DNA of 64,000 nucleotides from Pseudovirgaria hyperparasitica (lineage: Eukaryota): NCBI GenBank assembly GCA_010093815.1, contig ML996567.1. One strand, 5' to 3'. Under the pieces are notes generated by a model, which was not told the DNA's origin, made no database searches, and was given only the letters and a program-made list of their open reading frames with translations. Below, one piece after another: positions 22,507 through 35,737 of the stretch; position 1 is the stretch's first letter; every line of letters starts with the position of its first letter. The translations under genes were made by a program, and so were the position numbers.

Positions 22507-24060
22507 ATGGACGCTGATAGATTACCGTTTATGGATTCTTCTTTGCCGATGCCTGCAACCGAAGCATCGCATCCAAATCCTCCGCTGGGTCAGCCGGCAT
22601 TACTCGTGGAGAGAAGCATTTCACCTATTGAGCATTCTGTTGCTGGTATAGGGGTCCCGGTAGCACGATCGGATCGTTCGAAGTATGCATCGCCAGCTCC
22701 ACCGGCTTCATCTTCCATGACACCTCCGCCATCGACGCAGGTGCCTTCGAGTCGACTTATGGACCGGACTCCCACTCCGCCCACTCCTCAGTTGACTTCC
22801 ACCCCTCCAGCTACAGGTCATTTCAGTCAACCCGGGCCTGTGAGCGAAGCTGCCGCTGTCACTTTTACCAAGGACCAGATTGCGGACGCCAATCCCGATG
22901 AGCTCCGGAGCATGGTGGACGAGCTGGCAGGTGCTTTAAAGGAGGCGCGGATGACGGCTGCGCATCACAAACTACAGTACAACATGTTGTGCCTGGAGAG
23001 CGCCGAGTCGCAGAAGCGAATGGCGGTTGAACTGGTCATGGCCCAAAAGGAGAACGAGGTGCTTCAACAGGCGGTCGAGGAACAGCAGCGCGAGCGTTTG
23101 GTGTCACCAGTGCACCCACCAGAACCAAGCGTCAATCCCGCTAACGCCATTCTGATTAATGAGCTCAATCGTAGCGTTCAGGCGCTGCAGCACGATAATG
23201 CAATGCTCGAAGATATGCTATCTGAGTCAAGGCGAGTTCTCGAGCACCGCGATGGCGAGCTAAAGACTGCTTTAGAAGAAAATGATCGACTGCGAGGGCG
23301 CATCCGAAAGAACAGGGAGCATATGAACAGTCTCCTGGAGAACTCACAGGATGGAAGCCCCACTAGAATGCGATCAATTCTGGGCACGCCGGTAACCCCT
23401 CGATACAGACCGCAGCCACATCCTTCGATGGGTAATTCACTGAATCGCCGTGATCAGCAACCATTCGAGGCTCTACTCCTGGCTGACAAAGTCCTTAGCC
23501 AAGAGACTGCGACAGCTCCGTCGACCCCCACGAAGGCTGGAAACCGGAATCGTTTTTCCCATACTCGAGGAACACATTCCATGTCGTCACTTCCGTCTAC
23601 ACCTCAACGGTCACGAAATCAACCAATGAATGCTGCTCTTCTGAAGACACCGCCAAACCATGCTTCCAATAGTCGCGTTCCAATGTCAGCACCGTCAAAT
23701 CAACCTTACGGTGCCCAACAAAGGGTACGTCGTGATAGCAGCGCCTCTACCATCACTGCATCCAGTGCGGAAAATGCGTATTCGGATGATGAGGTACCGG
23801 AATCTCAAGCAAGTCGAGAGGCGAGCAGTCTTCTGCGCAAAACACCTCACAACTCATTTGAGTCTCTGCAGAACATTGGAGAGCCACATCAACGTAGGAT
23901 ATTCGGACAAGTTACAAAGCCGGGCGTACCAAGATCAGCCGAACAAGAGAAACGCAGACTAAGCGGTAGAGATCCAATCATGACGTCCCCTTCCAAAAAG
24001 AGTAAATTCAGCGACAGAGCTGGGCTCGGTATCGGGGGTATCGCGAACCCCCGAGGTTGA
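22507..24060 (+). CDS. Hypothetical coiled-coil protein (517 aa) with S/T-P-rich disordered flanks
   Basis: Long intact ORF; heptad region ARMTAAHHKLQYNML...ENDRLRGRIRKNREH. Confidence 0.85.
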   Translation: MDADRLPFMDSSLPMPATEASHPNPPLGQPALLVERSISPIEHSVAGIGVPVARSDRSKYASPAPPASSSMTPPPSTQVPSSRLMDRTPTPPTPQLTSTPPATGHFSQPGPVSEAAAVTFTKDQIADANPDELRSMVDELAGALKEARMTAAHHKLQYNMLCLESAESQKRMAVELVMAQKENEVLQQAVEEQQRERLVSPVHPPEPSVNPANAILINELNRSVQALQHDNAMLEDMLSESRRVLEHRDGELKTALEENDRLRGRIRKNREHMNSLLENSQDGSPTRMRSILGTPVTPRYRPQPHPSMGNSLNRRDQQPFEALLLADKVLSQETATAPSTPTKAGNRNRFSHTRGTHSMSSLPSTPQRSRNQPMNAALLKTPPNHASNSRVPMSAPSNQPYGAQQRVRRDSSASTITASSAENAYSDDEVPESQASREASSLLRKTPHNSFESLQNIGEPHQRRIFGQVTKPGVPRSAEQEKRRLSGRDPIMTSPSKKSKFSDRAGLGIGGIANPRG

Positions 24061-24601
24061 TGACTTCGTCGACTATGCTATTTGCTGTAGCATCTGTGGT
24101 GGATTTGGTGCCTTGGGTTACTAGGAGTTACAGAGGGATGAAGTTACGGCAGTGTTGGAACGGAGTTTTTGAATGCAAGACGGATGTCTGACATAAGATA
24201 CCTTTGGAAGATAATGTTTCAAAATGATCTATGTCTGTGGATGTCCTCGTCTGGCTTTTATGTTGGAAATACCTCTACTCATTATGACGAGCTTGTACAG
24301 TATCTAGTAGTCGCGGTCTGTTGTTTACAAGGCCCTCCCAACATTGAACGAGCTTGAAAGCAGTATATGAATAATGTGTCAAATACAAGATTCTGTACAA
24401 ATGAATTCGCGAATACGAGTTATGAATCCTGGCGCTGTGCCTGAGGTCCTCCAGATCTATATAATCACGTGATACGTAAATGGCCTTGGCACAAAATTAA
24501 GCGAGTGCACGAGAACTTCCCACAATTTGCATCGTGAACTCGCTTCGACAACCCAACCTCTACTAACGACACTCCACAGGTTCTGATCGCCCACAGTCAC
24601 A

Positions 24602-25535
24602 ATGGTACGCTGAACTCGATCACACGCACGAGTGCACTTTGATGTGGACACTCTTCATCGTCTTATACTAACTCGATTTCCTGTAGGCGATTAAGCACAA
24701 CCAGCAGATCCCGCACAACCGTATGCTCCGTCCTCACCTCACTACACACAAACCGTCACTGACAGCTCCATAGATTTCCGAAAGGATTGGCAGCGTTATG
24801 TGCGCGTGCATTTCGACCAGGTAAATCCCCTCTCAATTCCATGAGAGCAGTGGCGCCTGCAAGCACTGCAATTGCACTTCTTTCGCAAGAGAAAAACACC
24901 AATTTCTAACGTCGATCCTTCGTATAGCCCGCTGGCAAGCACCGACGCAGACAAGCTCGTCAGGCAAAGGCTGCTCAGCTCGCCCCTCGCCCAGTCGATA
25001 AGCTCCGTCCTGTAGTTCGCTGCCCTACCATCAAGTACAACCGCCGCGTTCGCGCCGGTCGTGGTTTCTCGCTCGCTGAGCTGAAGGTATGGATGTCTGC
25101 CGCAGACAAAGGGCGAATTTCTGACCTTATTAGGCCGCTGGTATTCCCCGCAAGCTTGCGCCTACGATTGGTATCTCCGTCGACCCACGCCGCCAGAACC
25201 TCTCTGAGGAGAGCCTCAAGGCCAACGTGGAGCGCCTCCAGGAATACAAGAAGCGTCTCATTCTGTTCCCCCGCCGCAACGGCAAGACCAAGTCTGGCGA
25301 CGCCTCTGCTGAGGACGTGAAGGCCGTCAAGCAGGGCGAGACTATCACTCACTCCAAGTCCATCCTCCCTATCGTTCAAGACAAGGGTATCTCAGAGGGC
25401 AAGGTTTCCGACTACAAGTCTACCGAGAATGCTTACAAGACTCTGCGCGCCGCCCGTAGCGATGCTCGCCTGGTGGGCGTGAGAGAAAAGAGGGCGAAGG
25501 CCAAGGAGGATGAGGCTGCTGCTGCCAAGAAATAG
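24602..25535 (+). CDS. RPL13: 60S ribosomal protein L13 (eL13); exons 24602-24604, 24687-24720, 24774-24820, 24928-25086, 25134-25535
   Basis: [29 protein letters not shown]...[23 protein letters not shown] after removing four canonical introns. Confidence 0.97.
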
Positions 25536-25735
25536 ATGTATCGAAATGAATAAGAAAAGGCTACATGCCATTTCAGTCATGATGGGTACTTCCCAAATAT
25601 CAAAAAGGCATTCGGACGGCGCTTGGGTTTGCGCTAGTATTGACACTGTGCTAAGAATATATACCCCACAATCAAGGGTTTCTAGGTTCAATGTGTACAA
25701 AGCCGTCTAATTCAAAGCTCCGCCTCTGTCTATCT

Positions 25736-27007
25736 TCATGTCGTTCCACCGTTGACATACCTCCATAGTTTGCTCAGTTCCCTCACAGATCTCCCCCCGT
25801 TCGGCGCATCATCTGCACTCATCACCCATCTGATCCCGCCATCTTCCACGTATCTTTCCAAGTCTCCTTCCGGCGTAGGCACACGCGACGGCCTCTCCTC
25901 AATCTCCACAATATCATCCAAGAACCCACCCGCCTCCAACTCCCCATCTTCGCGCAACGGGAACATGATATCTAGATAATGCTCATCGAACAGATGCCCG
26001 GTCGCGTTCCGGTTGATGAACACTCGCCCAGCATACCTCTGATTCGGCGACTCAGACGTACTGTACTTGACCCCCCATCGCGGCACCAAATCAAACTCAT
26101 TCATATAATGCTCAATCGTCCGTACGCCCGGCACACGTCTCATTGCCATGACGCCATCGACCTCAGCACCCCTCTCAACACTCAAGTGCGGATCATTAAA
26201 GTGACTAGCCGCACTGCCAAAAGTATACACCTCGAGCTTCGCAATCTCATGCGCAGCAAGCTCGACAAACAAGCGATCGAGCGCCAGCGCAGTGATGATG
26301 CCGCCCTGCGAATGCGCGACGACGACGACCTTGCGCACGGCATCGTTGCACAGCTGGAGCTTGAGATACTCGTGGGCGGTGCGCACGTCGGTAGTGCTAT
26401 AGCCCAGACAGCGCTGGAGGATGCACTCGAGCACGTCCATGGGGATGCCGGCGCTGCGGTTATGGACGCCGACGACGGGCCGCTTGAAGCGGCCGGCGAG
26501 GCGGTTGAGCGTGAGCTGGAGGCCGCGCGACGAGGTGCCGATGCCGTTGATGTACAGCCAGCGCTCTGCGACGAAGGCGGGAGAGGTGGGCAGGGGGACG
26601 GTGCTGTGGAGGACCAGCGGGCCCCACATGGTGTGCTCGAAGAGGTAGACGAGCAGGCAGACGAGGGCGATGTAGAGGCAGAAGACGAGGCCTGGGAGGG
26701 CGAGGAAGACGAGGAATGAGAGCGGGATGATGATGACTTCGACGAGTGAGATGATGCTGACGAGGGTGTAGTCGCGGATTTTATGCCATTTTGATGTTGG
26801 GGGGACGCCGGGGATGGAGTCTGGACTTCGGATGGGTGTGAGGACCCAGGGCAGATATCGTAGGTTCTTGAACAGAATGGCGATGTCGACGAGGAGGAGG
26901 CGGAATGGAGACTTTGTGGCGGCGCGGTCGGTGGTGAGGCGTGCATCAGCGTTGCTCTGATGAGGAATGTATATGACCTTATTCGTATCGTCGTCGTCGT
27001 GGTTCAT
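25736..27007 (-). CDS. Membrane-anchored alpha/beta-hydrolase-fold protein
   Basis: YINGI motif, VAHSQGG nucleophile elbow, LEVYTFGSAA and GHLF; hydrophobic N-terminal segment. Confidence 0.82.
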   Translation of the reverse strand: MNHDDDDTNKVIYIPHQSNADARLTTDRAATKSPFRLLLVDIAILFKNLRYLPWVLTPIRSPDSIPGVPPTSKWHKIRDYTLVSIISLVEVIIIPLSFLVFLALPGLVFCLYIALVCLLVYLFEHTMWGPLVLHSTVPLPTSPAFVAERWLYINGIGTSSRGLQLTLNRLAGRFKRPVVGVHNRSAGIPMDVLECILQRCLGYSTTDVRTAHEYLKLQLCNDAVRKVVVVAHSQGGIITALALDRLFVELAAHEIAKLEVYTFGSAASHFNDPHLSVERGAEVDGVMAMRRVPGVRTIEHYMNEFDLVPRWGVKYSTSESPNQRYAGRVFINRNATGHLFDEHYLDIMFPLREDGELEAGGFLDDIVEIEERPSRVPTPEGDLERYVEDGGIRWVMSADDAPNGGRSVRELSKLWRYVNGGTT

Positions 27008-27490
27008 GGTTGAAGTTTAGTAATGCAAAAAGTGCTTTCAGGGTCACAATAGTGATAGATGCGGAGAGTGTTTTTGCATATTTCGGTTTATGTTACGATA
27101 AGTTTTGGTGGGTATCTATGAGGTCTCATGAGTGCTTCGCGTGGTCGGTCGTGGTTGCTGTCACGAAGCGAATCCACGTGCCCTTGTCTCAAATTCGCGC
27201 CCAGTAAGGATGAGACAGGGAGCTTCCCCAAGCATCAAAAGTATTCGCACAGCTCGTATAACCCGCCAACTCCATCTAGAATTTCGCGGTTGCAACCAGC
27301 TCAGGAATTCCACATGGTTTGATTACCCTGCTGGTGTCGTTACTCTAAGAGTAGGCAAACGTGTCAAGTGTCAACCACAGCCTTGCCAGTAAGAGATACG
27401 TCTCTCTGGGGACGACGCAGATGTGTACCAAGGTAATGATCTCCAAGGTACCTAGACCCATCAAATTCTATAGGGACTGTAAAGACTTTC

Positions 27491-28353
27491 TCAATCCCAC
27501 TCCTCCTTTTCCACAATAGTCCACTCAAAGTCTCCACGGGTGATTTTATCTCCAACACTGTTATTCTCGTCCTGAAACGTTACCACGCAGGGTAAAAATC
27601 GTGAACCTAATTTCAACTGTCTGGTCCAATCTCCACTGCGACCCACGAAAGTGCTGTCTTGTGAGTCATCATCCTGGAAAGGATCCGAGTACGGAGACTC
27701 CGGACGTCGAGGAGTATAATGCCATCGCTCAACGTTGATCTCATCACCGACTTTCAATAACGCCTGACAGTATTGACCAACTCGAATTATGATACCTCGT
27801 ATCTTGTGCTCGGTGTTTTCGGTGGTAAGAACTGAGCAGCTTTTCATGCCATCTGTATCGAGTGACAGACAGTCAAGATCTCTCCAAACTTCCTGGTAGT
27901 CGGTCATTTCGTTGGTTGCGGGATTCACCATGGCTCCGTATTCGTACGATATGTTGCTGTCTCGCTGTGGATATATGTCGCCTTCATCGACTGGGGGTGT
28001 CTCGTCAAATGGCACCTTTGAGTCGATCACATGACGCCACACGCTGTGGTGATACCCTTCATTCAAATCGCTAGGTGGCTCGACCGTATTTGACTCGGTA
28101 GTTCCTGAAAAAGCCCACTCGAGGCGGCTCATAGGACTACCTTCATTTGGAAGGTATGGCTCATCCTTCTCTGTCGCTTTGAAAATACGTATGTCGATGA
28201 ACTGGTGACGCAGCGAGGTTAGAACAAGCGTATGTGTCGGCTCACTCGAAGCATCTTCTCCCTGCACAATGGTTCTTAGCATAGTTATATATTTGCTCTT
28301 TGTTGTCCAGGCGATACCCAGCGAATATGGACGCGTTCGGAGATCGATGCCAT
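27491..28353 (-). CDS. HRI1: HRI1 family protein; exons 28353-28318, 28261-27491
   Basis: MASISERVHIRW|GEDASSEPTHTLVLTS...FIDIRI, LEWAFSG, GAMVNPAT, YQEVW. Confidence 0.85.
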
Positions 28354-28559
28354 GTCAGACCGCGTAGTGATAGCAGTAGTATATTATCGATAGCTTACGA
28401 CAAGTGGCTTTGTAGTCAAAATTAGCAAGCAGCGTGCACGTAGAAACTTGCCAGTATGGAATGTGATGCAGGGGTTCATGCAACTGCTTTGTTGATCACC
28501 GGCTAATTATCCATTCATGCTAGGTACGCGCTAGAGCTATAGGGCGCTAACCCAATCCG

Positions 28560-28990
28560 TTACTTACATACTCTGGGTGGGTACTTTATCTTACTTATCT
28601 CTTTCACTTTAAAATCTATAAGAATTCCCTAGGTCTATAGAAACGTCTATAAATGTGATATATAGTTTTAAGTTCATAGATACTCTAGTTTAGTCTATGA
28701 CATGAAAGTAAACATCTTGGACTATCTCTCTAGGGTATGTCTCCTTCGCTACATGATTTGTTTTCATTCGTAAATCTATGTGATTATTTCAGGCTTGTAG
28801 ATTTCTTATGTTCGTAGAACTCTCTTGTGTCTACTTTTTATATTCTCATATTCTTAGATATAAGTCTACATATCTCTAAAGAGCTCTAGTAGGAAGATAG
28901 CGAGAAGACGAGTACACGTGTACAACTGCTAGGGGTATTAGGTTATAGACAAGTGAGGGACTATAGACTTGGTTCGCCTAAAGTCGTTGT
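28560..28990. other. Second AT/TpA-rich intergenic patch, possible RIP relic
   Basis: Locally AT-rich with frequent CTA/TAG/TATA; no credible ORF. Confidence 0.35.
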
Positions 28991-29400
28991 GTTAGAGTCT
29001 GAACCCGGATATGGATTATTTCCACTTGGAAAGTCAACACTGTCTCGTCATACAATGAAGAGTGATGGTACGAGGCTCCCTGTGAGTGCTCGCGAGAGTA
29101 TATCAACTCATACATGGGCTCTGTGGAGAGATTTTATGCTGCTCTCTGGTCTGTAGACTCTATACAGAACATCAACATGTGTAAGACACAAAATCAAACA
29201 AAGGACATGCATGTGTCCACTCAGACGAATGACGCATTTTTATTCAATTCCTTAGTACGGATCTACTATTTTGATGAAGGGCTCATCCCTCCTTTTGACA
29301 TCGTCGCTCCCAGTGTATTCTCACTATTCGCTTGAATCAGGAGATATCGATAACCTCGATCATGATATCACAACCTTAAGATTCATCTCTTATATTCCCC

Positions 29401-31061
29401 TTAATGCTTCTTTCGAAGTTTCTCGTCTCTCAGGGTTGCAAAAGCCTCATTGATTGCCTGAGTACGTGCAGTCGCGACTTTCTCATTACCGTGATCTTTG
29501 TCTGGATGATATTTGACACTCAGGTCCTTCCACGCCTTGCGAATCTCTGCATAAGTGGCATTTGATGACACCTTGAGTACCTCGCGCGGGCTAAGCGTAC
29601 CCTCCGTGAGCTTCTCGAGCCAGGTCTTTGGCTTTGGCCTGTGAGAGACAGCTGTACGGACCCGCTTTGGGCGAGAGTTGAATGGGGCATTTGACTTCAT
29701 CGATGGCTTCCTTAACCCGTACAGAGGTGGGAGCGTTCCGCGTTTGTTCCCTCCATAACGAGCCCTGTATTCATAGGCCTTCATGTTGTGAAAGTCGAGT
29801 TCTGCCGTAGCTGCCTTCCCATATCGGGCTTCAAACGTCGTGCGGTATGAGGATGCAGCCGACTCTCGGCATTTCCCGTTGCCTCTCTTCCTAGTGGTCC
29901 TACCTGCCTTGGTCTGCCGATCTGTAGCATCCTGCCATCAAAATTAGATCACTGTGACTACTGCAGAACAGATGTGCCCTCTCTGTTCTGGAGAACCTTA
30001 CCTCAGGTGCTTTGCTTTCACTTAAAGGAGGCATGCTATGTGTAGTCTGGTGATCTGCTACCAAAGGCACTGTTGCATAGTTATGCTCGGTACTAAGAAT
30101 TCTCGACGCCGGTGAAGTATTGTCACATGGATCCAGAGAGGTGTCCGGGACGCGTGGCTCGTATCCATACGGAAAGTGCTGAAACCTTTGCGGGTCTACA
30201 GGCAATGGATGAAACATAAGCGACTGTATGGATAGCGGTTGTTCAACGTCTGTACGTCCATATACTGGTGAGAACATATTGAGTTCTTCAGTCGAATGAC
30301 TTCGGGCTTGAGAGAAGGGATCACTCGTGTAGCTTGGTTGACCGTATGCTGAAGGGAAGAAACTGGTGGTCGCAGTCGTTGGAGTCGGTGGCATGGTGAA
30401 TTGGTTGCTACCGTAGTTGGCTTGATCATACGATAGAGGGAAGAAGCTGGAATTCGCAGTCATTGGGGTTGGTGGCCCCAGGTAGTCATGCCTCCCATAG
30501 CGTGTTCCATCATACGGTAAAGGAAAGAAGCTCGAAGTCCCGGTTGTGGGCGTTGGCGGCACCGAAAATATATGGCTCCCAGAATTGAGTGCCGTAGAGC
30601 TTGATGGTACAGATGAATGATGTATACCCTCTACGTTACCCGATAGTCCGGTATCATAGCAAGCCTGGCACGTGTGAGCAACTCCTTTTAGATGATGATC
30701 AGGCGCCATATTAACGTACCATTGGAGATGGAAGGCTGGCTGACCAATTGGACTGGAGTAGTCCCGGTAGCTGTTCACAGCGCTCGCTTTCCCACACTTC
30801 TGGCTTCATGCCCGTCGACGAATCAGACGAGCCGGCTGTTGAAGTGAAGCTAGGCAATGCAGCGTTGCTGGGGAGAAGGCGCTCCAGGTCTGCTAAAGAT
30901 TCGTCATGGTCTGTCAGATATGGGCTTGAAAGTTGGAATTCAAAGTCCATGTCAGTGTACGGCTCCAATGGCTCGAGCTCGGGGAGGAACATGTAGTTTT
31001 CGTCCTTTGTCTGTTGAGGTTGAATGTACTGACGGTAATTTCCATAATCATCAAAGGCCAT
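29401..31061 (-). CDS. J-domain protein (~511 aa) with the J domain at the C-terminus; exons 31061-30720, 30664-30002, 29931-29401
   Basis: Two phase-0 GT-AG introns join three ORFs; EIRKAWKDLSVKYHPDK...INEAFATLRD J-domain with HPD. Confidence 0.8.
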
Positions 31062-32247
31062 GATTGATTGATTGATGTTCTTGAAGTAGTAGCTTCGAGA
31101 CGAAGACGTATCGATGAACATGGGCCGGCTGAAGATAGGACGAATGCTCAAACGTACGTTTGACTTCGGTCGGTGAGTATCAATCTTAGCAAGATATATA
31201 CAAGAAGCATTATGTAATGATATTACTGGATCCGTGAAAGTGTGAGCCTGACCTGACGCTAGTGGGTGAATGAGACTGGTCACCTTGTCAGCGGAGCTGT
31301 GGATCCATTCCGCTCTAGGATAAAAGATCTGTGAATAGCACTGTTTTGAATTGCCTAAGTGAAGCAAGGTTTCACTGCTGGACAGTGCTCAAGCTGTATC
31401 TGCCCGGAACATGATAAGCGATAGGATGTATTTTGGGAGGCCAGGGTAGATGGACCATTTCTTGGAATACAAACATCGCAGTCATGGGGATGCTCCTTGA
31501 GATGCGCTCCCGCGGCTCTGTAACCGCTGTGTAATTATATGCCTATCGTCAGTGGCTTCTGTGAGCTTTGTAAGTCAGATATCACTGTGAAGCGGAATAT
31601 GTATAAAGCGACGTGTGATATTTTTGCCGTTGCAAGATGGAAAAGCGATCGTGGTACAAAGAGCGTGACTTTAGTATATGAAGTGGCATCGTAAGGCAAC
31701 AACAATTGCTTCTGCATTCGATAAGGCGCCAAAATGAGGCAGCAACGGCTGCCTGCAGAAGTCTATCCAATTGCCAGTTGACCGGTACACCTTTCCCCAC
31801 CGTCCCATGGCTCTCAATGGGATTTCTTTTTCTTTTGGAGGAATTCATTGGTATCCATATACTGGACCGTTACACCTAGCTCTTTCGATTTCTACTCACC
31901 GCGATCTAGACACGTTATTGGCAAAACGTCCCGTCACAGTTGCTATACATACATAAAACACTCTTCGTTTGCAGACTATCGCCTGCCTTGCACTCAACGG
32001 GCGACACCTGGCTGTGACTTCGTCAGGCGCCCTGTCACACTATCGCAAACATCATTATCTTCGTTGATGTTCTGCTGAGTGTGAAGGACGTTCCTACGTG
32101 AGCTGCACACGCCGTTGTCTTCATATCCCCCTCTCACCTTTCCACCTTAAAGCCACAGTCTTCATCTCTAGCATCGCTCGAGCGCACAAGTTCATCTCTC
32201 TGGCGAACATCTTCGGGTTCAACTCCGAGCTCTTACATCCCCTTGCC

Positions 32248-33106
32248 ATGTCAACACGAAGACACACCGTGCCGACGACATCCAGACCGAAAACACCAGA
32301 GCCGGACGGCTTCGAAGAGCTGGACTTATCCTCCGAGACGGAATGGGATGAGGCAAACGTCAAAGCTGAAGAGATTATTCCAGCAGACCCCGTAAGTTTG
32401 GCTCCATATACCTATCTCGCATGCACCCTCCCTTCCGCCGGTATCTAACACAGACCATCAGGTAACCCCATGGACCAACGCCCTGCAGCACTCCCGCGCT
32501 GCCGCCGGTAACATCTTGAACGCAAGCACAAAGTTCACTCGCGACATATACCGCTCAGGCATGGGTAGCGCCGCCGTCGCCGTTGCCGCAGCTGCCTACG
32601 CAACAGCCACAAAACAGCGCCCGCCCAGACGCATCCGCAGACCACGCAGTGTCGCCGAGAAAGCTGAAGATGCTGTTTCAAGCTCATCTCTGGCCCGCTT
32701 ACATTCCGAAAGTTCGGGTCTGACGCGTGGACAAATGCTTGAGCGTGTCCCTATTGCTGTCATGGGCGCGGACATCGACGGGCCAGATTGGAACACTATG
32801 CAGACACGTCCGCCGCCACGTCAGACAGGAGCGGGTAATCGCATAATCGTTGGGCCTGCACAACGCAAGCCTGGTGCATTAGCGGATGGCCCTGTAATGT
32901 TGCAAAGCCCAGCAACAACCCCACCATTTTCGTATTCGAGCTCGCCGTACAGTACAAATGGACAAGAAAGAGCTGTAGACGAGCAGTTCGAGTCGACATC
33001 ATTTCCCTTTGCTTTTGAGGACGACGAGGCTGACGCGGACGACGAGGACCGTGCGTCTGAGGAAGATGAATTCGTGGTGAATAAGGAGGTATATGACGAT
33101 GCGTAA
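32248..33106 (+). CDS. Hypothetical disordered protein with acidic C-terminus; exons 32248-32391, 32462-33106
   Basis: gccATG at 32248; GTAAGT donor, CTAAC branch; the acceptor ending at 32461 restores the frame with ORF 32516-33106. Confidence 0.68.
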
Positions 33107-33613
33107 GAGTCCTGACCAAGTCTGAGGATACGATGCTTATGCGCACTAAGATATGCACAGTATCATGGCCGAAGATATAGATGAGCGGAGTCAACTGAAG
33201 CGTGTTGTGTTCGATTTCTTAAAGTCAGCTCCGATCGCTATAACAAGACAAAGTAGCAGCGTATTGTCCATGCCTCCGTCTATTCGTTCATGGTAAGAAA
33301 CTTCTGAAATGACGGATAGGACAGAACATGGCCTGTTAGACTGCTGAAGTTGTTATCATTGTTAAACCAGGCACCTGGTCAGGACATCTGGTGTTGAAAG
33401 GATGTACAACAATTTGTGGATATGGTATGGGTTTTTTGGATATGGAGCTTGCTTATACGTAGTATTTTGTCAGCGTGAGTTCATATGTATAAATCACAGA
33501 ACGAACATACTCGGCTCTTTTAGAGAAGTAGGGTAAATTCAGAGCAGCCAAGCAAAGTTACGCTACCTCATCCATAACCAAAGATAATGAAATGGCGGCA
33601 TACCAAATTGCCC

Positions 33614-34869
33614 TTATTTCTTTCGTCTACTTCTCGTCGACTGTGCAGGCGACTTCGTCTCATCAACACCGACCAACTCTGGGCTGTTCGATCGCGACCT
33701 TTCTGGCTCATGCACCTCCTCTTCTACGTGATCATCTCCCAGTACCGGCGCTGCAGAAGCAATCTGTTCCACAAGTTTCTTTGCCTCGTTTTCCACGCCA
33801 TTCCATGCTCCGCACCCACTGCACTTCCAGCGTCCAAGCTCCTCCAAACGCTTCACGCCCGGCGGCGCCAGCCCATTGACCAGTCTGCATTGTGAACAGA
33901 GCATCGCAAGCCTATTCGAGGTCTTATTCTCATCTTCACCGAGAAGTACGTCGAGAATGCGGTCGTACCATTGTGGTTCCTGTGTATACTGTGTTGGGGT
34001 AGAGAATGCGTTTGGTGCGAATTCAGCGCCGGGGGAGTACTGGGCGGCAAGGAATCGGGGTGTAGAGCCTACAGGACTTGCTGGGGGTCCCAGTGCGCGC
34101 GAGGTGAGAGCGGGAGACGGGCCTTGAGGGATGTTTGCTGTGTTTGGTGGGCCGCGAGGTATGTTCGCCGTTGCGGGAGGGGGCATGTTTGTGCGCTGAG
34201 GCTGGGGTTGTTGATGCGAACTGCGGGATTGTTGGGGGTCCTGTTTGCCCTGCTGTTGTTGCTGTGGATTCTGTTTGCCAGGCTGTTTTGGCGAAGAGCT
34301 GGAGCCGTATTTGTCAAGTAGCTGCTGAGTGGAATTGTATTTTGTGGCGGTCTTGAGCTTTTCGATTGTAGCGTCGCGGTCCTTGTTGAGACTGTCTAGG
34401 TATTCTTGCGTGCTGCGGATGCGGTAGTCGTAGTATAGTGTCAGGGCTTTGCGGACGCCGTAGATTCTGAGTGTGGTGTCAGTCCGAGGCCAGCTCTATG
34501 TTTCTTGCTGGTGAAGCTTACAAAACTGGCGCCCCAGCGAGCCCGGTGACTTCGTAAGCTGTCCAATTTTGCCATCCCGTCACGAGTGTCAATATGAGAG
34601 CGGCGATTAGATATGCGAAGCCTGTATAAAGCGTCCAAAGCACCTTCATCCGTCGTGAGCTTTGCCGTAGGCGGTCATTGCGGGCGCCGGTCTTCTGAAT
34701 CTTCGTCGCAAGGTTCGAGAGAGTCTTCTCAAAATCAGCGGCGGAGGCCTCGCCCTATATAATTGAAATCAGCATTGTTATGAGGAACTCAATTCTGGAG
34801 CTGTGCGGAGCTCGAGCCGGAAGTAGGTGATGTATACTAACATACCTTGAAAGGCCACAGGGATACCAT
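33614..34869 (-). CDS. LNP1: ER junction protein lunapark; exons 34869-34846, 34754-34522, 34466-33614
   Basis: DFEKTLS, two TM segments, IEKLKTATKYNSTQQLLDKYG, WYDRILDVLLGEDE and a CxxC..NG..CxxC zinc finger. Confidence 0.93.
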
Positions 34870-35162
34870 GGCAGAGGACGTTTCGGGCCAAGAGAAAGCG
34901 GGTGGTGAGGATGTGCAGACTATAAGGCCATCGGTCCGTCCGAAATACTACACGAACGGGGGTCAGTGGTCGAATCTGTTTTCCTGGTTGTTTCGTTGTT
35001 CGCTGCCTTCACCAAGTGCACTTGACGTTCTGACGCACGGACACCTCAGGTAACATCCATTGAATCTTTTGTAGTCACCGCTGCGCAGCAGTCAAATAAC
35101 AACTTTCTCATTTCACATAGAAAAACTTTGTATCCTACGTCGCGGTGTATATGTCACGCGAA

Positions 35163-35636
35163 ATGGCTCTCGCTGCTTATCGTCATGTCCTTCGTAGCGC
35201 CATGATTGCTTTTAAGAGTGGGTTGCTGGTCCTATCGCATGCTCTTCATCTACTAACAACGTTCAATAGATGATACAACCATGCTCAGCGCGGCGCGCAA
35301 TCAAGCCCGCACGGCATTCGAATCGAATCGCCATCTCTCACCAGGTACACCAGAATTTGCGGAACAAGTCGAGCACGCAGAGGGAGTTGCACAAATACTA
35401 CGACAGAACGTTGTACAAGGGAAGCAAGAAGAAGATGGCAGATACAGTGAGTATTGATTTACTCTCATTCAGCTTGATAGTGAAACTGAACCCCACCAGA
35501 ACTAGGAATACATGAGCATACTGAGCGAGGAGACAATGAGTCTATAAAGATGCCACGCGTCCAAGATGTTAAGATGCCTCGCGGCAAGACCAATCGTCCG
35601 CAAACTAATTTAAGTGGGAAACCCAGTTTCTCGTAA
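35163..35636 (+). CDS. MZM1: LYR-motif complex III assembly factor; exons 35163-35217, 35270-35446, 35500-35636
   Basis: MALAAYRHVLRSAMIAFK, ILRQNVVQG and IHEHTERGDNESIK after splicing; not in the ORF track. Confidence 0.9.
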
Positions 35637-35737
35637 GAAATTCGCCTTTGAACTCCATACGTGCTTTGTGCATTCGGCCATGCTTTTGGTATTCCGTAAC
35701 GCCGCCCATGCAGTGCCCTAGTGAAAACGATTGCCAT

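Noticed and set aside
24464..24473. ATCACGTGAT palindrome upstream of RPL13
   Set aside because: Plausible bHLH E-box, but a single short site; not enough support for a feature call.
24821..24927. Intronic snoRNA in RPL13 intron 3
   Set aside because: Only a 6-bp GCAGTG/CACTGC stem; no convincing C/D or H/ACA box arrangement.
25979..26946. 246-aa and 254-aa ORFs overlapping the hydrolase gene
   Set aside because: Stop-poor shadow frames caused by codon bias.
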